In this document: in pieces, positions 40,830-49,026 of the stretch
Position numbering within the stretch: the stretch's first letter is position 1
Layout: the number at the start of each line of letters is the position of its first letter
NCBI RefSeq assembly: GCF_020073745.1
Contig: NZ_JAIRAU010000002.1
Coordinates: 273,694-337,693, forward strand
DNA from: Nannocystis pusilla
Lineage (GTDB): Bacteria; Myxococcota_A; Polyangia; Nannocystales; Nannocystaceae
DNA length: 64,000 nt
Direction of reading: 5' to 3'
Notes under the pieces: generated by a model
Database searches by the model: none
What the model saw: the letters and a program-made list of their open reading frames with translations, nothing else
What the model was told of the DNA's origin: nothing
Position numbers and translations under genes: made by a program

Positions 40830-41336
40830 TCACTCATGCGGGACAGTAAGGACGATGACGCCGGCGCCGCCGGCCTCGCGGAGCCCGAGCTTGACGCCGT
40901 GCAGCGCGACCAGCTCGAGCAGGCCCGCCTCGGCCGGCGCGCGCGTGAGCATCGCCTGGAACTCGGCCTCGTAGCGCGCGCGCGCGTCCGGCTGCGAGAC
41001 CCGCCCGAGGTCGTCGCGCAGCCGGGCGGCCAGCGCCTCGTCGGCCGGCATCGTCAGCTCGGCGATGACGTGCTCGTCGGTGCGCCCGACCTCGACCACG
41101 ATCTCGCCGTCGCCCGGGCGAGCGCGGAAGACGTACTCGAGCACCTCGTTGAGATAGGTGGAGAGCCGCGTGGTCAGCTGCTCGGGGTCGAAGCGATCGG
41201 AGGCGACGAAGCGCGCGATGTAATCGGCCAGCCGCTGACAGTGGGTCCAGCTGTCGTAGAGCCCGCGGACGCTGATCCGGAGGGTGAGGATCGGGCTCGG
41301 ACCGGAGGGGGAGGGGGGCGCGGGTTCGGAGGTCAT
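40830..41336 (-). CDS. Second SiaB-like small kinase paralog (degenerate N-box)
   Basis: 168 aa. LNEVLEYVFRA sits in the N-box position. First gene of the six-gene minus-strand operon. Confidence 0.45.
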   Translation of the reverse strand: MTSEPAPPSPSGPSPILTLRISVRGLYDSWTHCQRLADYIARFVASDRFDPEQLTTRLSTYLNEVLEYVFRARPGDGEIVVEVGRTDEHVIAELTMPADEALAARLRDDLGRVSQPDARARYEAEFQAMLTRAPAEAGLLELVALHGVKLGLREAGGAGVIVLTVPHE

Positions 41337-41602
41337 GCCGGGGCCGGAGCGGGAGAGGGGCCGCAGGCGTACGCGCCCGGATCGGGGCACGATCGACGCC
41401 TGCAGCCACGGTATCACGAAGCCGGCGCAGGCGGCCGCAGGCCGCGGACGCGTGGCCGCAGCGGCGACGGCGGCGAGGGTCGAGTCCGCGCGCGGAGGTG
41501 CGCCGGCGCAGACGGCCCGGCGAGCGCGAAAAAAGCTCGCGGGCCTCGGGAACAAGCCCCAAAGCGGCGTGTCCGAGGCGCCACACGACCGGGGCAAGGA
41601 CG

Positions 41603-43702
41603 ATGACAACCACGAAGACGCTCGCCATCAAAGTGTTTTACGGCGATCAGCTCGTCGACACGCAGACGCTGACGCAAGACGTGATCAAGATCGGAAAACT
41701 CAAGAGTAGCCACGTCTGTTTGGATGACGAGGCCGTGGCCCGCATGCACGCCGTGATCGAGGTGTCCGGCGAAGAGGTGCGGGTGATCGATCTCGGGAGC
41801 GCCGCGGGGACCGTGCTGAACGGCCAGCGGATCGACAAGAACGCGGTGCTGCACGACGGCGACGCCCTGAACTTCGGGCCGTACCGGCTCGAGGTCGGCT
41901 TCTTGAAGCAGCAGGTCGCGGCCGCGCCGGCGCCGGCGCAGGTGGCGGCGCCGGTGGGGGTGGCGGCGGCCGTGGCGGCGGCGCCGGTGGCCGCGCCGAT
42001 GGCGACGCGCGCCCCGATCCAGATCGACCTCAGCGAGGTCGAGAATCAGAACGGCTCGCGGGTGGCCGAGGTCGTGGCGATGTACGGCACGACGGTGCTC
42101 GACGTGCAGCACGTCGGCCAGCTGAAGAACCGCAAGTCGCAGGCGCCGCTGTTCCTCGCCATCGGCGGGGTGATGCTGGTCGCCGGCGCGGCGGTGTTCT
42201 TCAGCGACGTGAACCAGGACTGGGCCGCCTACGGCAAGAAGGTCCAGGAGTCGATCGAGCAGGGCACGCCGCGGCCGACCCCGCCCGGAAACGGCCTGGC
42301 GGCGATCGGCATGCTGCTGGCGATCGCGGGCCTCGTGCCGTTCAGCATGGGCCTCATCCGCACCGGCGACTACGTCAACAAGAACTTCACGATCGGCGAG
42401 GGCCACGGGGCGTCGTTCCACGTGCCGCCGGCCGGTCTGCCGGAGCCCACCGGCTTCCCGCTGGTCCGCGGCAGCGACCACGAGTTCGCGCTCAACTTCA
42501 CGCAGAACATGAGCGGCGAGGTCACCTTCGACGGCCAGACGATCGCGCTGCAGCAGCTGGTCGCGACCGGTCGCGCGGGCTCGCAGGGCTCGTCGTACAG
42601 CTTCCCGCTGCCGCCCGGAGCGACCGCGCGGGTCAAGTACCAGGACGTCACCTTCTACGTGAACTCGGTCGCGCCGGGCGCGGTGATCAAGGGCGGCAGC
42701 GAGACCGACAAGCCGTTCTGGCTGTACAACGGTGCCTCGTTCGTCGTCATCGGCAGCCTGCTCGTGCTGACGCACCTCATCCCCAACGAGGCCGGCAACC
42801 TCAGCCTCGACGAGATGATGGAGGAGAACCGCTTCGTCGGTTACCTGAACCAGCCCGACAAGCCGCCGGAGGAGGAGGAGCCGCCGCCGGAGGACATGGA
42901 GAACTCCGACGACGAGGCCGGCGGCACCGGTCAGCGTCACAAGGGCGAGGAGGGCAAGATGGGCAAGCCCACCTCGAAGAACAAGTCCGGCCTCTACGCG
43001 ATGAAGGGCCCCAAGGACGCCATCCCGCAGATGGCCCGCAACTTCGACCCCGACATGGCCGCGCGCCAGGCCGGCATCCTCGGGGTCATGAGCGCCGAGA
43101 GCGGTCACTTCCTCGCCTCGCCGTACGGCGGCGCGTTCGCGGTCGGCAACGACGACGCGGACGTGTGGGGCGGCCTCACCGGCACGGAGATCGGTGAGGC
43201 GTACGGCGTCGGCGGCCTCGGCCTGGTCGGCACCGGCCGCGGCGGCGGTGGCACCGGCGAGGGCACGATCGGCCTCGGCAACACGGGTCTGATCGGCAAG
43301 GGCGGCGGCGGCGGCACGGGCTCCGGCTACGGCCGCGGCGCCGGCGCCGGCTTCGGCGGCCGCGGCACCCGCGTCCCCACGGTCCGTCAGGCCAAGGCCG
43401 AGGTCCAGGGCGCGCTCGACAAGGACATCATCCGCCGCATCGTCCGCGCCCACATCAACGAGGTCCGCTACTGCTACAACCAGGCCCTCGCGCGTGACCC
43501 CAACGCCAAGGGCCGCGTCGCCGTCCAGTTCACCATCGGCGGCACCGGCAAGGTGCCCACCGCGGTCGTCCAGGAGAGCACGATGAAGGACCCGGCCGTC
43601 GGCTCCTGCATCGCCCAGGCGGTCAAGCGCTGGACCTTCCCCAAGCCCGAAGGCGGCGGCTCGGTCATCGTCTCCTACCCGTTCGTCCTCGAGCCGGGCT
43701 GA
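41603..43702 (+). CDS. FHA-domain protein with TM segment, Gly-rich region and C-terminal AgmX/PglI-type domain
   Basis: N-terminal FHA (KIGKLKSSHVCLDDEAVARMHAVIEV...GTVLNGQRI). C-terminal RIVRAHINEVRYCYNQALARDPNAKGRVAVQFTIGGTGKV...SYPFVLEPG. Confidence 0.75.
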   Translation: MTTTKTLAIKVFYGDQLVDTQTLTQDVIKIGKLKSSHVCLDDEAVARMHAVIEVSGEEVRVIDLGSAAGTVLNGQRIDKNAVLHDGDALNFGPYRLEVGFLKQQVAAAPAPAQVAAPVGVAAAVAAAPVAAPMATRAPIQIDLSEVENQNGSRVAEVVAMYGTTVLDVQHVGQLKNRKSQAPLFLAIGGVMLVAGAAVFFSDVNQDWAAYGKKVQESIEQGTPRPTPPGNGLAAIGMLLAIAGLVPFSMGLIRTGDYVNKNFTIGEGHGASFHVPPAGLPEPTGFPLVRGSDHEFALNFTQNMSGEVTFDGQTIALQQLVATGRAGSQGSSYSFPLPPGATARVKYQDVTFYVNSVAPGAVIKGGSETDKPFWLYNGASFVVIGSLLVLTHLIPNEAGNLSLDEMMEENRFVGYLNQPDKPPEEEEPPPEDMENSDDEAGGTGQRHKGEEGKMGKPTSKNKSGLYAMKGPKDAIPQMARNFDPDMAARQAGILGVMSAESGHFLASPYGGAFAVGNDDADVWGGLTGTEIGEAYGVGGLGLVGTGRGGGGTGEGTIGLGNTGLIGKGGGGGTGSGYGRGAGAGFGGRGTRVPTVRQAKAEVQGALDKDIIRRIVRAHINEVRYCYNQALARDPNAKGRVAVQFTIGGTGKVPTAVVQESTMKDPAVGSCIAQAVKRWTFPKPEGGGSVIVSYPFVLEPG

Positions 43703-43761
43703 CGCGTCACTGGCTGTCTCGAAAGACAGCATGTCTCGAAAGACAGGAGGCCCGGCACCCG

Positions 43762-43790
43762 CCGGGCCTCGGCGTTTAAACATTTTATAG
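43762..43790 (+). terminator. Rho-independent terminator (GC hairpin ggcccggcacccgccgggcc plus T-run)
   Basis: Read directly. Preceded by two copies of the palindrome gtctcgaaagacag at 43706-43745. Confidence 0.7.
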
Positions 43791-43846
43791 AAGGTGTCGG
43801 GGCCACGGCGGCGAGGTCGGGGGCCGGCGAGCGTCGCGGATGACCC

Positions 43847-45307
43847 ATGAGACAGCCGCGCACGCCCGGACCCGGGCGTTCGCGCGAGGAACTTCTGCCG
43901 CCCGCCGAACTGCGCTATCTGTCGCCCATGCAGGCCCCCGACCCCTGGGGCGAGCGGCTCCCCCGCAAGCTCGGGCTCGCCAGCACCGTCGCGGTGCTGG
44001 TCGGCTCGACGATCGGCAGCGGCATCTTCCGCACCCCGGCGGTCATCGCCGGCCACATCGACGACCTGGCGCTGTTCATGGCGGCGTGGATCGCCGGCGG
44101 CGTGGTCGCGCTCGCGGGCGCGCTGACCGTCGCCGAGCTGGCCATCCTCTATCCCCGCAGCGGCGGCATCTACGTCTACGTGCGGGAGGCGTTCGGCAAG
44201 CTGCCGGCGTTCCTGTTCGGCTGGGCCGAGCTGCTGATCCTGCGGCCGGCCGCCTACGGGGCGATCGCGGTGACCTCGGCCGAGTACCTGCTGCGCACCT
44301 TCGGGGTCGCGGGCGGGGCCCCGGCGCTGGGGCCGCTGTCGCGGGCGCAGCTGGTGGCGGTCGCCATGATCGCGGTCGTCGCGGCGGTCAACCGCCGGGG
44401 CATCGAGTTCGGGGCGATCGTTCAGAACGTCAGCACGGCGCTGAAGGTCGCGGCGCTGCTCGGGCTGGTCGCGCTCGGGCTGCTGCTGTCGCCGGGCACC
44501 CCGGTCGCCGAGCCGGCGGCCGCGACGCCGGAGACCGGGGGCGCTGTCGTGCTGGCAATGGTGGCGATCCTCTGGGCCTACGACGGCTGGTGCGACGTCG
44601 GTTTCGTGAGTGGTGAGGTGCGTGATCCTCAGCGGGCGTTGCCGCGAGTCTTCATCCTCGGCACCGCGGCGGTCGTCGCGCTTTACCTCGCCGCCAACCT
44701 CGTGTACCTGCGCGTGATCCCGCTGGACCGCATGGCGGGGGCGCCGCTGGTGGCCGCCGAGGTGGCCTCGGCGCTGATCGGTCCGCTCGGGACTACGTTC
44801 GTCGCGGCGGCGGTCATGGTCAGCACGTTCGGCACGCTCAACGGCTCGATGATGACCGGACCGCGGGTGTTCTACGCGATGGCCGAGGACCGGCTGTTCT
44901 TCGAGCGCGTGGGCCGCGTCCACCCGCGCCACGGCACGCCCTCGGCCGCGATCGTCCTCAGCGCCGCGCTCGGCATCGTGTTCGTCTCGGTGCGCAGCTT
45001 CGCCGAGCTCGCCGAGCACTTCGTGATCGGGATCTGGCCGTTCTACGCGCTCAGCGTGGCGGCCGTGTTCGTGCTGCGGCGCAAGCGCCCCGATCTGCCG
45101 CGGCCCTACAAGACCTTCGGCTACCCGGTGGTGCCGCTGCTGTTCCTGGCCGCCTCGGTGTTCCTGCTCGCCAATTATGCGGCGTCGCAGCCGCGGGTGT
45201 TCCTCGCCGACTGCGCATTGGTGCTGTCGGGGGTGCCGGTATTCTGGCTGTGGTCGCGGCGCGCGCCGAATGCTGCAGATGCCGGCGGAACTGCCGCCGG
45301 TCCGTAG
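43847..45307 (+). CDS. APC-family amino acid permease
   Basis: GSTIGSGIF motif and 12 TM segments. The alternative start MQAPDP is at 43928. Confidence 0.85.
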   Translation: MRQPRTPGPGRSREELLPPAELRYLSPMQAPDPWGERLPRKLGLASTVAVLVGSTIGSGIFRTPAVIAGHIDDLALFMAAWIAGGVVALAGALTVAELAILYPRSGGIYVYVREAFGKLPAFLFGWAELLILRPAAYGAIAVTSAEYLLRTFGVAGGAPALGPLSRAQLVAVAMIAVVAAVNRRGIEFGAIVQNVSTALKVAALLGLVALGLLLSPGTPVAEPAAATPETGGAVVLAMVAILWAYDGWCDVGFVSGEVRDPQRALPRVFILGTAAVVALYLAANLVYLRVIPLDRMAGAPLVAAEVASALIGPLGTTFVAAAVMVSTFGTLNGSMMTGPRVFYAMAEDRLFFERVGRVHPRHGTPSAAIVLSAALGIVFVSVRSFAELAEHFVIGIWPFYALSVAAVFVLRRKRPDLPRPYKTFGYPVVPLLFLAASVFLLANYAASQPRVFLADCALVLSGVPVFWLWSRRAPNAADAGGTAAGP

Positions 45308-45738
45308 TAGAGGGAGATCTCTTCCCTGAAAAAACCTGTGAGCCTGGTGTGATGATCAGGCATTGCTGTGTCTGGTGGTGCTATCAATAGAGGAAGAATA
45401 TGTAATTTGATCTACAATTTTCTGGCGGGCGCCATGACCGCCGATTCAGCAATCGCGGCCAGTCTGCTCAGAACGTGTCTCGAGCGCGAAAAATTTGTAA
45501 TTCGGCTTTCGTCTGCGCGCGTCGGAAGTCCGGTCGTGCGGGTCCTCTGTGCTCGCAGTCTCACCGCAGAAAGGCGTGATCCACCCCTGCGTGTTTGGTT
45601 GCGCTGCGCAGGCGGCGACGACTATGGTGGTCCGGTCTCAGGTGAGCTGACCTGAGGCTGCCTCTCCGGCAATGTCCTTTTCACCATGGTCGTTCGGCCA
45701 GGGTCTTTAGATCCTGTCCGATGACCCCAGGGGGTCTC
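45308..45738. promoter_or_regulatory. Low-GC (~50%) island upstream of the M4 peptidase gene; presumed promoter/regulatory region
   Basis: AT-rich stretch gaagaatatgtaatttgatctacaattttctgg, plus hairpin ctcaggtgagctgacctgag. Confidence 0.4.
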
Positions 45739-47925
45739 ATGTCCGCGCGCCGTGTCATCGTCTCTGCCGTCTCCGCCTGTCTGCTGTCTGCCTGTCACGA
45801 GGGCGGGATCGCCGCCGATCCCGAGTCCCGCACCGTCACCGCCGAGGATGTCGCGGCGCTCGGCCCAGGTGAGGTGCTCGAGCTCGACCTCTCTGCCGGG
45901 GCGGTGCGCTTCGACCTGGTCGACGGCCCGATCGACTTCAGCCGCGTGTCCGTGCGCAGCGGCGACGAGCGGCCGGCGCTCGTGCAGGACCTGCTGGTCC
46001 GTCACGGCGACCGCTGGGGCGTGCAGACTGCCGGCGCGACCGCTGAATTCGCGTTCGAGCTCGACGCCGACATGGTGGCGAAGGCCCGCGCGTCGGGGAA
46101 GCTGGCGACCTTCGTGTGGTCGCAGAGCCAGGCCATCAGCCGCCTGCCGCGCGTCGACATGGTCGAGCCCGACGAGGCCGGCGTGCCGCGCTTCATCGCC
46201 GGGGACCTCGGGTCGCTGACCGGCGGCGGCGACGTGCGTGAGGCCGCCCGCGGCTACCTGGCCGAGCTGGCGCCCGTGTATCGCCTCACCGACGAGGCCG
46301 ACTTCGAGCCGGTCCGCGACACCACCGACACGCTCGGGGTGGTCCACGTCCGCTTCCAGCAGTACCTGCACGACCTGCCGGTGGTCGGCGGCGGGCTCAC
46401 CGTCCACGCCGACGCGGCCAGCGGTCAGGTCCACGCGGTCAGCGGGCGCTTCGTGCCCGCCGAGGCGCTGCCGCTGGCGCCGACGATCGAGCCCGAGCCG
46501 GCGATCGCGGCGGCGGCCGACGGCCTGGCCCGCGAGTGGAGCAGCGAGGAGGCGCCGGAGCTCGTCTACGTGGTGACCGACGCCGGGCCGCGGCTGGCGT
46601 GGCAGGCGGTGGTCGAGTACGCCGACGCCGAGGGCCCGCAGCGCGACATCGTGTTCGTCGACGCCCTCGGCGGCGAGCTGGTGGCCCGTCACCCGCAGAT
46701 CCACCACGCCCGCAACCGCAAGGTCTACGACGCCAACAACGGCAAGAAGCTGCCGGGCAAGCTGGAGATCAGCGAGGGCGGCGACACCAACGATTCGGTC
46801 GCCAAGGCCGCCTACGAGCTGTCGGGCGTGACCTACGACTTCTACTCGGCCACCTTCGGGCGCGACAGCTTCAACGGCAGCGGCGCGACCATCCACTCGA
46901 CGGTCCACTTCGACAAGAACTACGTCAACGCGTTCTGGAACGGCCAGCAGATGGTGTACGGCGACGGCGACGGCAAATACGCCAGCCCCTTCGCCAAGGA
47001 CCTCGACGTGGTGGCCCACGAGCTGACCCACGCGGTCACGCAGCACGAGGCCAGCCTCGTCTATCAGAACCAGTCGGGGGCGCTCAACGAGGCGATGTCG
47101 GACATCATGGCCGCGGCCGTCGACGCCTACAAGAACGGCGTGTCGAACAAGACCTGGCTGCTCGCCGAGACCTGCTGGACGCCGGGGGTCGCCAATGACG
47201 CGATGCGCTACATGTCCAACCCGACCAAGGACGGGTCGTCGCGCGATTACTACCCCGAGCGTTACACCGGTCAGCAGGACAACGGCGGCGTGCACATCAA
47301 TTCGGGCATCGCCAACCTCGCGTTCTACCTGCTGGTGCAGGGCGGCAAGCATCCGCGCAACAAGACGAACATCGAGGTGCCGGCGCTCGGCATGGAGAAG
47401 GCTGCGCAGATCTTCTACCGCGCGCTGACGAACTACCTCGATTCGAACGCGAAGTTCCAGGACGCCCGCAACGCGACGGCTCAGGCGGCGACCGACCTGT
47501 ACGGCGCCGAGGCGGCGACCGCGGTGCACGCCGCGTGGACGGCCGTCGGCGTGCCCGGTGCCCCCGCCGGCGGTGGCGGAGACGGTGGTGGCGACGGCGG
47601 CGGCGGCGACGGCGGGAGCTGCTCGGGCACGCCCTTCAGCGGCAGCCTGAGCGCCACCGGCGACTCGAAGCAGGAGCCGAACGGCACCTACTACTCCAGC
47701 AAATCGAGCGGCACGCACACCGGCTGTCTCACCGGGCCGGACGGCGTCGACTTCGACCTCTACCTCTACAAGTGGAACGGCTCGAAGTGGGTCAAGGTCG
47801 CCAAGTCCGAGGGCCCGACCAACAAGGAGTCGATCAGCTACGAGGGCGGCGCCGGCCACTACACCTGGGAGGTCGTGTCGGCCAAGGGCAAGGGCGGCTA
47901 CGAGCTGAAGCTCGCGGCCCCGTGA
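45739..47925 (+). CDS. M4 (thermolysin-like) secreted zinc metalloprotease with lipoprotein signal and C-terminal PPC-like domain
   Basis: Lipobox VSACLLSAC. HELTHAV....NEAMSD zinc-binding signature. Gly-rich linker and beta-rich C-terminal domain. Confidence 0.85.
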   Translation: MSARRVIVSAVSACLLSACHEGGIAADPESRTVTAEDVAALGPGEVLELDLSAGAVRFDLVDGPIDFSRVSVRSGDERPALVQDLLVRHGDRWGVQTAGATAEFAFELDADMVAKARASGKLATFVWSQSQAISRLPRVDMVEPDEAGVPRFIAGDLGSLTGGGDVREAARGYLAELAPVYRLTDEADFEPVRDTTDTLGVVHVRFQQYLHDLPVVGGGLTVHADAASGQVHAVSGRFVPAEALPLAPTIEPEPAIAAAADGLAREWSSEEAPELVYVVTDAGPRLAWQAVVEYADAEGPQRDIVFVDALGGELVARHPQIHHARNRKVYDANNGKKLPGKLEISEGGDTNDSVAKAAYELSGVTYDFYSATFGRDSFNGSGATIHSTVHFDKNYVNAFWNGQQMVYGDGDGKYASPFAKDLDVVAHELTHAVTQHEASLVYQNQSGALNEAMSDIMAAAVDAYKNGVSNKTWLLAETCWTPGVANDAMRYMSNPTKDGSSRDYYPERYTGQQDNGGVHINSGIANLAFYLLVQGGKHPRNKTNIEVPALGMEKAAQIFYRALTNYLDSNAKFQDARNATAQAATDLYGAEAATAVHAAWTAVGVPGAPAGGGGDGGGDGGGGDGGSCSGTPFSGSLSATGDSKQEPNGTYYSSKSSGTHTGCLTGPDGVDFDLYLYKWNGSKWVKVAKSEGPTNKESISYEGGAGHYTWEVVSAKGKGGYELKLAAP

Positions 47926-48042
47926 GCGCGCCCGCCCGCGGCGGCCGGAGCTCGTGCGCCGGCCGTCCGGGCCTGTCCCCAGGGACAGGACACGCGAGCG
48001 AGCCCGGCCAGGATCGCGAGATCACGGTGTAGGCACAAACAC

Positions 48043-48080
48043 GACGAGGACAAAAAAAGCGGGCACGGTCCTCATCCGTG
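48043..48080 (-). terminator. Strong rho-independent terminator, minus-strand orientation
   Basis: Minus-strand sequence: gcgggcacgg-atgagga-ccgtgcccgc followed by ttttttttgt. Confidence 0.7.
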
Positions 48081-49026
48081 CCCGCTCACGCCTCAACAAC
48101 ACACACCTCGAATCGACCGGACCTCCTCTCACCACGGCTCGCCGCCGTCGACCCATCAAGACCGAGATACTCGGGCTTGAATCCGCGGCCGGCAGCGGAA
48201 CGCACCGTGGTGCAGAGAGGAGGACCGACCGACGCTTCCATTCTTGTCCGTGTCGCCGGTGCTTGTCAAACCGAAAAAGCGAGCACAGCGGTGGCAACAT
48301 TATCGCCCGGTGCAGTTTCGCCGCGGGGCGGACTTTCATGCGGCCAACACTTGCGCACACACAGAAGCGCGCGGCCTCGCGGCGCCTGCTGCGGAGCGAG
48401 AGGGATGCGGCGAAATGCGGCGAACTACAGCGAATCGCCGCCGCCCTCCGGGTCTGCTCAGACTCCGCCGGATGACTCGGGACATGTCCCTCAGGTCATG
48501 TCGCGCGCGCGCCACTGTCAGTTGTTTTGCCGGCAGCGCGGTCATGATCGGCGCAGGCCGGGCCGCAAACGCGCCAGCCGTCCGCGCCGGCCGTCGCGCG
48601 TGCGAACGCGGAGGGCGCCGCGGATGCCGGCGGGGCTCGATCGACCCCGGGCGCCGGCGACGGGCAGCCGAGAGATCGCCCCCCGCGCGGGCCGGCCGGG
48701 CGCACGAGCGGACCTGCGAGCGAGGCTTCGCGGCGCGGACGGGAGGCCGCCGCGTTCGTGAACCGGATGCACGCGCGAGCAGGTGAGGTCCGCGGCGAGG
48801 GAGAGGTCGACGGCCGGGCGGTCCACGCCAGCGCCGACAAAGGAGGCCGTGGGTGGCCCGCGCGGACCGGGCACGCCGGCGCGACGGACTGCGGATGTTG
48901 CGGAGGTTCGCCGGGATCGGTCCTGCGCCCACCGGTCTCTGGGGACAGGCCCCATGCGATCGACGGAAGGGGTCTGGTTTCTCGGCGCACTCGCGCGGCT
49001 GTGCTAGTTTCGGAGGAGAGGAGACC

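Noticed and set aside
41414-45019. 1201-aa minus-strand ORF, and similar giant ORFs (8120..9448+, 9452..11350+, 12486..16301-, 25995..29213+, 28447..32244+)
   Set aside because: These are antisense or out-of-frame to well-supported genes (carB, FHA protein, permease, purT, kinase). Their products are Arg/Ala/Gly/Pro-rich with low complexity, which is the usual artefact of ~70% GC DNA.
48160-48200. tRNA/tmRNA-like T-arm (gggcttgaatcc / ggattcaagcc)
   Set aside because: It does not fit the GTTCRANYC T-loop with a complementary stem, and no acceptor or anticodon arms could be built.
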